From the NCBI GenBank assembly GCA_043228905.1, contig JBHGNT010000004.1:25544001-25608000 (forward strand): DNA of 64,000 nucleotides, written 5' to 3'. Each line of letters opens with the position of its first letter. Within the stretch, counting starts at the first letter, position 1. The DNA is from Azolla caroliniana (lineage: Eukaryota; Plantae; Polypodiophyta). Below the pieces are notes generated by a model that did not search any database, was not told the origin of the DNA, and saw only the letters and a program-made list of their open reading frames with translations. Positions 38,247-50,444 of the stretch are shown here, in pieces. A program made the translations under genes and the position numbers.

Positions 38247-41200
38247 ATGCCTATGAGAAGATTTTTACCACGAGACATAGCAAAGATATTTCACTTGAAA
38301 TTCTGGGTTTGCTCTAGTGAAGAAGAAGATTCCTTGAAAAAGGAAACTAAAACCAATGGAGATTCAGAGGTCTTTCCTGTACTGGGATCCATGGATGTTT
38401 CTTCTCATCAGAGGAACTGTTGGGCAAACTTACCTCCAGAGATATTGAGAAGTGTAATAATGAGAGTGGAGATGGCTGATGGCTCGTGGCCATCCCGTAA
38501 AGATGTTGTGGCTTGCTCAGCCGTTTGCAAAACATGGAGATGCATTACAAAAGAACTTGTTAAGACCCCCGAAGAATCTGGAAAGCTTACATTCCCCATA
38601 TCCCTCAAACAGGTATGCTTGTCCTTACTCCCTGACTGAAGATAATGTTTGAAGGTATCCTGTTAATGTTTGAAGTGTTACTATGATAATTATTTAAAAG
38701 CACAGTGATATATTGTTGTTTTCTCTCTTCTGTTTGCGATTTCTATTGTTTTTATTTTCTTTGTAGTAGGAATCGGGTTTTTAGCCATTAACCATATATC
38801 ATTTGTGAGCTCTTGTCTCCAATCAGTCCTATTGAAAGAGATCCATTGAAATACTCTTCCATTTCAAGTTGGTTATATAAGGCTTGGGTTTAGTGAGACG
38901 GTAGACAATGGTCTTATCTGTCAACCCGTTTTCCCTGATTATTCCCAAGGAGAAGTGATCATAAATGTCATTGAAAGACTATATTTCTAGTTTGTCATGG
39001 TATAAAGATGAAAATGTCATTTTCGCAAAGTCTTTCTGCCTTATGACACACTATGGTTTACTGATATGTTCAACAGTGATCCATATAGCATTAGTCGTCT
39101 ATGATTCCTAGGTAAGACAAATAATGTAATCCATTCAAATGCTCTTTCAGTTTCTATTTAGATATATCAAGACAAAGAAGACTAGCTTGGCAATGTCTCT
39201 CAGCCTTTTTCACGGTGCAACCTTGGGGAGTTTCCAGACACTTGTTCACATAGATCCATGTTTTCTCTGATAAGTCTCAAGGAGAAGTGATTATGAATTC
39301 TATTGGATGCTCTTCCCATTTCTTGTCGATTATGCACTCAGGTCTTTTGAGATGGAGGGAAGGCTTGGTGTTTGTAAGATGGCCAACAATGACCCATATA
39401 TCATTTGTTTCTTGAGAGTCCAAGAAAGCGGAAGATAAAATACATTGAAATACCTGCTTTATTTCTAGATGGTCATGCTAGGCTTGGGTTTTAGGGTTTA
39501 ATGAGGTAGTCAACAATGACCTATATATAGCTTCCTGTCATCCTTGAGGAAATTCATTGAAATACTCTTCCATTTCCTGTTTGGTTTATGAGGAGATCAG
39601 GTTGGATAGATTTTCTTTCAGCCTAAGTGACTTGGCATTGAAGATGGTATATCTGTTGGTAAGGGAATGTCCCATATAGCATTGTGTTCTTGTTTACCCC
39701 TAGCAAGCCAGTAATGCAATCCATTGAAATACTCTTCTAATTCTAGTCATGTATTTGGGAGATTATGTTCGTAATGTCCTAGGCCACCTAGTAATGAATT
39801 CTATTGTAAATATAGTTCTATTTCAAGTCAAATATAAAGGAGAACATCTGGCAAGGCCATGGCAATTTATTTTTAATTTGTTGTCTCATGGTTTTGTAGC
39901 CTGGACCTCGAGATAGGGCAATGCAATGTTTCATAAAACGAGATAAGACAAACTCCATGTTTTATCTCTACCTGGGTCTGACACCAGCAAGTAAGTTTTC
40001 TTTGTTTCCTGCATTTAATGTTATTCATAAATAAAGGATTTATGCATATGATTCGTGTTGCATATAAGATTCAATTATACTTCTCTTTCTTTAATATTAT
40101 AACTTATGATATAGAGACTACAAATTGAACATTTAGTATTTGATTATTTCATAACGCAATTAAATCTTAATTCAAAATCCGCACTTTCTGATCCCCCAAT
40201 CAATACACACACATCATACATGTGCACGTTATGAGCATTTTGCTCATTGTCTATTTGATGGACAGCACTCATTGTTGAGAACAGCAAATTCCTCCTGGCG
40301 GCTCGCAAATATCGGCGTACCTCAAGCATTGAGTACATAATATCTCTGAATTCGGATGATATCTCAAGGGGTAGCAACACATATGTCGGGAAACTAAGGT
40401 TCAAATCTTTCTTATTTGATTCCATTATAAAATTTATATTCTCTTTTGGGGAATTGGCTGCTATTTTAACTGCCAACTTATGTCTTACAAAACAAGGACG
40501 TAAACAAGAGGGTCAAACCCACAACCCTTATTAAATTTGTATTCATTACTCTCATATTCATTTTTTCCCTTTTGTGTCTCATTCTCTTATGTAGATCCAA
40601 CTTCATCGGGACCAGGTTTAAAATATATGATATATACCCACCAGATAATGAAGCAGTCATGTCAACAAGCAATGGATCATTTCGGTGCTTGGGATCCAAA
40701 CAAGTGTGCCCCAAGGCACCTTTTGGCAATTACAACATTGCACAAGTTGCGTATCAATTAAATGTGTTGGGTTCACGAGGTCCCAGGCAAATGGTTTGTA
40801 CATTCCATTCCATTCCAATGTCTTCCATAGAAACAGGAGGTCATGCACCCACACCCATTGAGCCGTACTATAGTCACACCAACAATCCTTCTATTTGTGA
40901 TCCTTATCTCGGGTCACTATCCAAAGTGGATAACAAAATGAAAGCAAAAAATCATAGGGGTGGTGCTCCTCTGGTGTTGAAAAATAAGTCTCCCAGGTGG
41001 CATGAGCAATTGCAATGTTGGTGTTTGAACTTCCGAGGTCGTGTCACCGTTGCATCGGTGAAGAATTTTCAGCTCGTGGTGGCTATCGAGCCTGGAAACA
41101 TTGCGATACCCCAGTGTGAACATGACCGGGTCTTGTTGCAATTTGGAAAGATTGGGAAAGATATCTTCACAATGGATTACCAGTATCCACTCTCGGCGTA

Positions 41201-41255
41201 CCAAGCTTTTGCAATCTGTTTGACAAGTTTTGGTACAAAGCTAGCATGTGAATAG
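38247..41255 (+). CDS. Tubby-like F-box protein (TLP); exons 38247-38612, 39900-39990, 40266-40398, 40595-41255 (about 416 aa)
   Basis: F-box [13 protein letters not shown]…[12 protein letters not shown] and [11 protein letters not shown]|[13 protein letters not shown]. Tubby motifs YVGKLR|[80 protein letters not shown]. All three GT-AG introns keep frame (phases 0, 1, 2). Confidence 0.95.
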
Positions 41256-41868
41256 AGCTTCTGGAGGGTTGCTAGACTTGACCTCGATGATGGTGTTGAG
41301 TATTTAGGCCTCTACTTGGATGTATTAGTATAATTAACTTGCTAAAGGTCAACTTACTGATGTGAATGTATGTATAAAAAATTTCCCTAGCTTAGTGTTC
41401 CCCATTGGTTTGGAAAACTTGCAAGTTGTTGTATACGGATTTTCAGTTTGAACATTTGTTTAGTCTATGATAAGTTTGTTTTTATGTCACCCAATTTCAG
41501 AAGAGAGACAATTGGGCATCTTTAATGAAGACTTCAAATTGAAGTGCCATTATTAATTTGTACTTTATTTATGTCTGATATAGGTAAAGATAAATACATA
41601 ACAAAAAATGTAAGTGTCTTTCCAAATAGGCATATTTGACACCATCTTGAAGAAATATATGATCATTTATGTTTAATCTTCTTCTACTTCATTGATATGT
41701 ATTTGCAATCTGCACCTATAATGGCCATATTTTTTATGTCACCTTAGATGATCAATCCATATAATTGCCAAACTCTATGTAGAATACAAGCTTATCATTG
41801 CAGACAAAATGATCAATTTTATAATACTTGTTTTATGATTCTTCATGATTTGAGAGTATGCTATGCGT

Positions 41869-42478
41869 AACCTTCTAGTACTACCATGACAACGTAAATG
41901 CGTATGTTGTAGCTTGTCATGGCAACAAACATATCTTGTGTTATGTAGTAGGTCAACAAAAACCTAAAAAGAATACTTGTTCTTAAGTAGGTAAATTTTG
42001 AGCATCTCAAAGACCCTAGTCACATGTATGCTTAACCTTCTAGTACATTGTACTACCATGACAACCTAAATGCTTATGTTGTAGCTTGTCATGGCAACAA
42101 ACATATCTTGTTTTACGTAGTAGGTCAACAAAAACTTAAAAAGAATACTTGTTCTTAAGTAGGTAAATTTTGAGCATTTGAAAGACCCGCAATATACAAA
42201 AAGACCTTGCCTAGACAATAGATTTACATCTATCATGATTCATACCTAATGAACCCTCAGTTTTGCAGTTAGGCACTTTTATATAATTTCACCCTTCAAT
42301 TGAATGCCATCCATGGTAAATGAGTTCTTAAGTAGGTAAATTATATTAAAAATCGAGCATCTCAAAGACTCGAAAATACATAAAGACTCTGCCTAAACAA
42401 TAGATTTATATCTCTTGTAACAATTGAACCCATAGTTTTGCAATCAAGCACTTTTATGGTCAAATGTCATCCATGGTA
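41869..42478. repeat. Two overlapping imperfect tandem duplications (about 170-bp period)
   Basis: ctaccatgacaac…aaagaccc at 41881 and 42053. gttcttaagtaggtaaatt…catccatggtaa at about 42150 and about 42323. Confidence 0.75.
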
Positions 42479-44001
42479 ATGATATATTATACTATCCATA
42501 GGGGAGAGTAGAAGATGAGTGTGTTTAAACATTTGAAACATAAGCAGCATAAACATGTTTCTTTAATAGCTTGCTATGGTTTTGGTTGAACCTTAAGCCA
42601 TTATTCACCAGAGTACACCACATGGACATTATTACAATCTATCACTTCTTCTCATTCCATCTATCATGCTCCTTGTGTATTTTCCCATGTCCCAAATTGA
42701 AATTTATTGAGCCCTACATAATATTGATTGGAAGCATACATTCCATGACAACATGTACTAATTGATACAGTATGAATTTTATTGTTGCTTTGCTTTTTAG
42801 TAGTACTATATGCCCATAACATTTGATATGAATGCAAGTCCTTCAATCCATTTGGGTTGTCATGTGACTAATTTACATCACACCTTTTGAAAGCTCATTA
42901 CATTAGAAGGTAAATGAAGTAGAAAATAGCTTGTGAACATTCAATTGGTGAGTTGATTCTTGTATTTTCTTCAATCAATGTCAAATGTTCCAAGATTCAA
43001 TACCATATATTTGCTAGATGCATGCTCACACAATATGATTGCAGTGTGTATTGTGACTACAAATTCACAAAAGTCTGATGGAGACCCCATCCAATGGTAT
43101 TACACAATAATGATCGTAGTGCTAAAAGTTTTATGCAAGGCTAAATTAATATTTATGCATTCCTTAAATACCCATGAAGTGTTCTTTAGTAGTTTATCTG
43201 TTTGAGCTAATGTTGTAGATGTTTTTTGCTATGAAGATGCGAAGGTTTAGGTAATCAATTATGTTGGAATATGAGAGCTTAGAGGAATGAATTTTTCTTC
43301 ATTTGATTTAGTACTGACCCAAATTTCAGTAAAAAATGGTGATGTTGAATCTACAATATGAAATGAGATTATCTAACACATCGAAATTATGGTTCCTATT
43401 GTTTTGACTAAATATTCAATTTCTTTGATATATTCAAAATCCATGAAATGCGATTTATGACCAACACTAAAAACGATAGTTGCATAAATGGAGCATTTTT
43501 CTTTCAAATAATTTTGGGAGGACATTATGTCTGTCAAATTGCATTCCTTTATATTAGAATGACATCTTATCTCCTTATTTTTCAAAGATGTTATGCAATC
43601 ATGGCTTCCATTTGTTGTCACTCACAAGCATCATTTGTGAGGGAATGCATTCTCTCAAGTTTAATAAATCAAAGGATCATTAGTCCTTTTTCTCATATAG
43701 TAGTTTGAGCTTCCACATGCACATATATTCCATCCAATGGCCCTACAAATTAGGATATCAATAGCTTTAGCATCCGAAATTATGAGTGGTTTCATAACAA
43801 CCACATGCATAATGGGTGGTTCCACATATTTATCCTAAAGTGTCACTTGTAACCACATGTTAGACTTCTACTTTCTATAGATGTATTTGTAACTTTTCCT
43901 TTTATTAAGTTCATTGTGACTTATACCTACATTTTACAAGGTATATACTCTACAAATATTAATCGTGTCATGGAAGAAATGTAGATTAAAACAAGTATGA
44001 A

Positions 44002-44004
<3 letters not shown>

Positions 44005-44040
<36 letters not shown>
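44005..44040. repeat. (GT)n microsatellite
   Basis: Directly visible. Confidence 0.9.
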
Positions 44041-44042
<2 letters not shown>

Positions 44043-45277
44043 GGGAGCACAATCATAGTCGTATGCATTAGGTTACGATTTGCTTCATCATACTTTTCTA
44101 TGGAGTGATTTGCTCAAACATGCTTTTGGTATTTGGTAAAACAACAAGCTTGGTGAGGATTGGTTGAAAAATCTTCATGGATCTTCAATCTCATACAAAT
44201 GCTAGTATCCATGGCTAGACATTTTTATGGTGTCACATGTCATTTTTGGGCTATGCTAGATAAATGATAGATACTTATTAACTGCTCAAAAATATAATTA
44301 ACTTGTTTTGCAAAATGTGGATAAACAATTCCTATATGCTTTCGAATTAAGTTTAGTTGGGTTGCCCTAGGTGGCTGTTTCTGTCAATGGCTCCTGATAT
44401 TGTACATGGGATGTAAATATGTAGGTACAACTGATAAAAGAGTGCATTTGGACGAGTAGAGATGGTATAAAATGGGGTTTGTTTCAATTTTGTTGGGGAT
44501 AAGGGCCGTGTGAGTTTTGCTGGGGTTTTTTTTTGTTGGTTTTGAAGTTGTTCCTCCGTGTTGTATATATTGATCCCATTGTGTATTCCAGCGAAATAAC
44601 AATGAGGAAGTTTACCTATGCATTGCACATAACAATTGAGTATGCTGAGATTTATAAACATGAAAAATGGCAAACAAGAGAAAGTCAAGACTCGTTAGCA
44701 TATAAAGTTCTTCTTCTAAAGAATCCTTGAATCATCGCGTCAAAATATGCACACAAATATGTTTAAAAAAAGTCTAAACATGAAAAGCTAACAAGACTAC
44801 AAATTAACAAGTATTGTCAATACAAAATGTAGCTTCAACTAATACTGATCCTCCGTCCAACATTGCTTGGGAACCATTGTCCAATGCAATGTCGAAGTCC
44901 ATGGATTGCAAAGGAGTGCTAAGCAGCTTAGAATTGGTTAGGATATTGGAAAACACCACAATGGGATCGTCTAATTGTTGAATTCCTTGAGTCGTTTTCA
45001 ATTAGCTCAAAACCTTGGGTTATTTATTAGAAGCAATGCTTAGCATACTCAAAACTTGCCAAAGTCTTCACTAAATCTTTTAAGCTATTTCTAAAATGGC
45101 ATGAATCATTGGTGGATTGGCATTCTTATGTCAGTTTTGTAGAAATATTTTACAACAAGTTTGATTGTGAAACATCTTAAGGTATATATCATGATTTGCA
45201 TCTTATAAATATATGATTTTGTATTATGAAGGCATATCTGATAAAATATTGCAAATGCTTCCATGTCGACAATATAA

Positions 45278-45402
45278 ATATACGTCTCATGGCATGCTTA
45301 TTATGGAAGTAGATATACCTCTCATGGCATGCCTATTATGAAAGTAGATATACCTTTCATGACATGCTTATTATGCAAGTAGATATACGTCTCATGACAT
45401 GT
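45278..45402. repeat. 35-bp minisatellite (about 3.5 copies)
   Basis: tagatatacntctcatgncatgcttattatgnaag units start at 45310, 45345 and 45380, with a partial unit upstream. Confidence 0.85.
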
Positions 45403-46584
45403 CTACTCTACAATAGATATTGACAATGCCTTCAATATTCTCCAATGGGATTACATAAGATAAGTTATGGGCAATTTAATCCTTAGGAATAAGTTTGTAA
45501 TTTTATTATTATTTGTTCTTCTAGGGTAGCCAATCTAAGTATATTTTGAATGAGTTGATAAGTCACCTATTGTAAAATCAACTAAGATATACAATTGTTC
45601 TTTGGCAACACTTTTCCAAACCAAAGAATGCATTATGATTTGCTAAGCGTAGCGGGTTTATGCAAGTGCTCTTCTTTAGCTACAAAATTGCCAATACTTT
45701 TTAGTGAGCCAAACATTCCATTGGGGACCAAAAGTTTGATTCCTAATGAAATTATTTGGCATCTTAGATATCCTCTAGTTTGTCACGAGTGTTGAGCAAT
45801 AGAGAACTATCAAGCATATTGGATTCTAAAGATTAAACTTAAGACTCAATATTGGAAATTAGTGGCTAGGTCTATGCAAGTATCATATATTGGTGATATA
45901 GTTTATAGCTGATTTTTTGGACCTATATTGTTTGGCTAACAAAGCATATTCAAGAACTTCAAGATTGACATCCTTTAATAGTTTTGGAAAATTAAAAAAA
46001 ACTAGAATAGTTTCCTTAATTGCATCTTGAGTGTTTGTGTATATGTCACAACCAATGGGGTTCTAAATATCTTGAATATACAATGTGTACATATTGGCTT
46101 AAAAAGCAAATTTCACTACTCAAGTGTTGGGCTTAATAACAACCTTGAACATACATACATATATAGTTGTGGTATGGAATGATCTTAAGAAAAAGTTTCC
46201 AGAAGTTGAAAGTGTACTTTTTGAATGTTGTTTTTTGCTATTGAGAAGGTAAAATCCTTTCTTAACGATTTGGAAAAACAAAATGATGAAACATCTCGAC
46301 TGTGCAAGAATGAATGGTAATCAAGGTAATTCTATGATGCTTGAAAGTATTCATTAGGTCATTGCCCTTTTCAAGGTTGTTTGAACTCAATCACAAATTA
46401 TTGGAAATATACTGGTTCATGATGCATTCTACATATTCTAAAAATTCTACGTATTCTACGTATTGTACGTATTTAACAAGTATTTATCATTTCAAAAAAT
46501 ATTCTCTTTATTTTGAAAAAAAAAGCTTTCAATTTTAAGAAGTATTTAACGTATTTTACAAGTATTCTACACGTATTCTAAGTA

Positions 46585-46822
46585 TTTCATAGGAAGTCCA
46601 ATCTTGGGTTCTTTGTGAGTCCCTTGAGTGCTTGATCCTTGTTGTTGTAGTGATACAATAGTCGCTTCAAGTTGTTGTACCCGTAACGTCAGTTCCTCGT
46701 GTTGTTGTTGTTTTTCTAAAGCTATTTGTTGAAGATCCCCCAACAGACGGTGATTTTCTTGTTCTATTGCTACAAACTTCTCTTTTAAGCACTCAAGCTC
46801 CGAGAAAACAAATTGGTATTCC
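46585..46822 (-). mobile_element. Relic gag N-terminus of an older Ty3/gypsy element (chromovirus/Tcn1-like) into which the younger gypsy inserted
   Basis: Open frame EYQFVFSELECLKEK…LQQQGSSTQGTHKEPKIGLPMK: a coiled coil followed by an EPKxxLP motif like the EPK..LPEKFDG gag motif. Cut at 46823 by the LTR. Confidence 0.5.
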
Positions 46823-47299
46823 TGTTAACTCTTAGGGCCGGACAATGGCCTAACACAGGGTGTCTACGGAAGACACTTCACCAAAGGGTGTTACGGCAAC
46901 CGGATTAGACTCAACGCTTAATCCGACTTAATTAAGTTACTAAGCATGATCGTCTTTCATAATCACACGCGTGAGATATAACAATTAAGACAGAACGGCA
47001 ATTACACAGAGAGATAACAACGCTAAGCTTTTATTAATTAACCGCTATTCATTACATTGTATCCGGGCCTTTAAATAGGTTTCCGGTCTGTATTACAAAA
47101 CGGTGCCATCCGCACCTGTTCGGGATCGGTCCGGATCCAGAATGGCATACCGATTCCGGTCCGTCCGTCCACACTCATAGCTTAATTACAACCACATTCC
47201 TACTACTTAAATAACTCTCCGTTTCTCACTCTAGACTCCTTTGCCGGCCAGTAACACATGGCACGCCCGTGGGACAGTACCTTGTATGTCGAATCCACA
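46823..47299 (-). repeat. Probable 3' LTR of the gypsy element
   Basis: Minus strand begins TGTGGATTC after purine-rich AAAGCACGGGCGGT and ends GTTAACA. Contains TATA-like CTATTTAAAGG (about 47078) upstream of AATAAA (about 47030). No second copy is available to confirm the boundaries. Confidence 0.65.
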
Positions 47300-50071
47300 A
47301 CCGCCCGTGCTTTGTTCGAGAGTCTCCAATGGTTCATCTGGAATTAGTTGTTGTTGTTGTTGTTGTTGTTGCTCTGTTGACGTCTGCTGCGACGGGTCTG
47401 TTGATGGCTGCTGCGGCTGCTCCTCCGTTTGTTGCTCTGACACCGGCGTCTTCGTCGTTGCTCCCTTCGTCGTAGTGGTCTCCGGTTGACTGGTTCCGGG
47501 CTGGCCCTCAGCCGGCGACGGTTCCTCATCACTAAGGTTAACCGTTGCCACTTCCCGTGCTTTTTCTTCCTGAACCCGGGACCGCTCGTAGCTTTCAAAC
47601 TGGATTTGAGCGTCCAGCCTATCATCGTCTAGCTGAGCTACGAGCTGCCTGACCTGCGCCAGCTGTTCATCCGCCAGGACTTGGAAGTCGTCGGCCAGCT
47701 CGTCCTGTATGGTGGTGAAGTCCTTGGAAGTCAACGTATAACAATCATCTCCTTCCTTCCATCGGTTTGCCACGTCTGCCCATAGCAATTGGAGTTCCGT
47801 CGAGTTTTGTGCCCACTTTGTCCACCATCTTACGGAGCTTTCATCAATCAAGTGTTTTGTCTGATTCAACCATGCCTGGAGGATGGACTGAATCCGGCCC
47901 GTTCCCAATTGCGATTTGGTTTCTGCTGCTTGCCGTTCCTCCTTCAGTTGCTTGATGATTTTGACGTTGTCTTCCGCCTGCGCCTTGTAATGCGTCAATT
48001 GCCTTTGATATGTGCTTTGTAATTTCTGCAATACTGTTGACGCTCTCTCTTTTTCTTCCTGCTGCTGCCTCTGGAGCTCCATCCGGACCTTCTCCGCCTC
48101 GTCCAAGCGTCTTGTATTTTCCGCACGTTCGTCGGCGATCGCCGTCGCAGCTTGATCAACTTCCTGCTGGAGCTCGGCCATCTGTTCCTTATGCTCCGTT
48201 TCCAGCCGTTTGTAGTCCCGGTGCAGGTGCTCAAAATCATCTGTCTTTTGCTTGAGCCGTGCGTTGATCTGTCGACGGGCCCGGTCCTCGCGGTCCTTCT
48301 GCTGGCGGAGCTCTTCCTTTAGCCGTTCAATTTCCGTTTCAGCCGTCTTCCGCAGCTTGTCCTTTTCCTGCAGCACTTTGTCTTTTTCCTCCCTTAGCCG
48401 GTCGTACACTTGATGGCCTTTCCGAAGGCTCTCCTCTGCCCGACGGAGGTTCTCAGCAGTCTTCTTTAATTCGGCTTCGGCCACTGTCTTCAATTCCCGT
48501 TCACGGCTCCTTAGCGCTTCCTGTGCGGCAAGTTCATCTCTCAATTCCGCAAGCTCCTGGGCTTGCGCCGCATCTCTCACCGGAATGGTTTCCGTTGCCG
48601 GGGTCTTATTGGTATTTACAGGTCGATCCGTTTCTTTATTATGTACACTTACCAGAGTCATCGGTGATTGGATCTGTGTTGCCGTTAAGGCCATTTTGGC
48701 CATCTCTGTTGTGACCTGATCCAAGTCTTTTTCAAGGCACCGGATTTTGAACCGGGCCGTCTCTAGTTGTTCAGTTGTGACGAGCAACCGTTCGCTTTGC
48801 GCTCTTTCTTCCGCCTCAATATACCCCACTACTCCGGCTATCTGTTCGCCTATCCACCGGAGCCACAGGCTACCAGTGCCTTGTTGTGCTTGCACGGAGG
48901 TTTGACAGATGGGCTCACTTGTAGATGGGTGGTCCCGCCTGGTTGCGCCGAGTTGCAGTTCCGTTTCTACCCGTGGACCATCCTGCTGTCCTGGTTCCCC
49001 TTGCGCTTCTTCTTGGCTGGCCGAGGGATGCTGCATTGACCTTTCCGGCTCTGGCGGGATGGGACTTGCCAGTGTTGCCGGTGGTCCCGGGGCTTCTGAT
49101 TCCGGTGCCATGCGCACCGGTTCCGGTTCCTTCCTTGGCGTGGGAGTCTCAGTATGGGGAGCCGGTGTTCCCTCCGTCTGAGGGTCCGAACGTTTCCCGG
49201 CTGCCTCAACGGTCCTTGCCGACGACCGTCGCTGGAGGTGCTCCGTAGGCTCCTCCTCTATTTCCTCTTCCTGAGTCCCGACATTGAGTTTTGCCGCCAA
49301 GGGGTCCGCTTCTCTATTCACCGGTCGGCGGAGTGTAACCTTTACGGGCCGTGCCGGTGGTTCCTCCTGCTCATCCGTTGGCCGCTTCCGGCTGCCGCTC
49401 TCCTTTCCCGCCTGTTCTGCATCCGCCGCCTTCCCCTTAGTGGCCTTAGAGGCCAACAACTATTGTCATTTGGAAGCCGTCTTTGGGGTGCCGTCCGCCA
49501 CTCTTCCTCGCTTCTTGGGCTGGACGGGCTGGACGGGTGGCATAAGCAAGGTGAGCCACTGCGTTACGGCGTGCCATATCCTCCGTCCGTCTCGGTCTTC
49601 TTTGTCGTCTTTGCCTCTGACGATCTCGATCACCGCACACAACCCGTCTGCGATCAATACCGGCCAATCCACCTTGATCCCTTCATAGGTGGCGATGATC
49701 ATCCCTACCCGGTTCTGCGGCATGACAGGGGGTCTAGGGTACATGTGGCCGTATTCGTGGAGCACACGAGCAATCTCGCGGAACAGCATATCTCCGCCGC
49801 CCTGTGTCCGGTAGCCCTTGCTGGCTAGAGAGTACTCACCAAAATACCTGATGAGTTGCCCCGGGGTAGGATTGTCAATCGTGATTATGCCTCCCTCCTG
49901 AAGGCCTGTTAACGCTCGAATCGCCTCTGCCGTTATGACCTCTGTGTCGATTTCTTTGATCACTTTGTCGGCTTCTTTGTGTGGCGGTACTTCCATCATC
50001 ATCAAGAAGCCCTCGAGCCCGTGTTGCTTTAGCCATGTCTTGGCGGCTTCCGACAGCGTTTGCGGGTCCAT
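47231..50071 (-). pseudogene. Retrotransposon accessory ORF (about 946 codons): globular N-terminal domain, Pro/Glu-rich linker, long coiled coil; interrupted by two in-frame stops
   Basis: Track ORFs 49466-50266 and 47231-49459 are in the same frame, separated only by TGA-CAA-TAG (49468-49460). Likely start MDPQTLSEAAK at 50071. Confidence 0.8.
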
Positions 50072-50444
50072 GTCTGTGTCGAGGTTGGATTGCGGTGGCG
50101 AGGTTGGATGGTGATGAGAGTGAGATTGAGAGAGAGAGAGTTCAGAAGGCGGGGGTTCTCTGTGCGTAGGTTCTCGTCTGATGATCTTGCAGTGACTTGG
50201 TGCTTCTGTGCTCCTGGGTTCGCGAAAGTAAAGGGTCTCTACGCGCAGTGGTTTTTGTCTGTGCATTCTGACGCCTTTTTCGAGTGTGTATATGTCGTGT
50301 ACTAAAATAGCATTATGTCCTGTGGTGGCGCTTTAAATGCCCACTACGTACCTTTTCGCTCCTCGCTCTTTCACCCATTCATTCCTCGCTTTTGCATGAT
50401 TGTTTTTTTTTTTTTTTTTGGTTATTATTATTATTAGTGTGACG

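Noticed and set aside
45278-45402. 35-bp periodic repeat as a CRISPR array
   Set aside because: Units are contiguous with no unique spacers, there are no cas genes, and the context is eukaryotic.
45700-45870. Possible hAT transposase dimerisation-domain relic (…TSVE..RT…), with a similar hint at about 43620-43680
   Set aside because: Too degenerate to support without a profile search.
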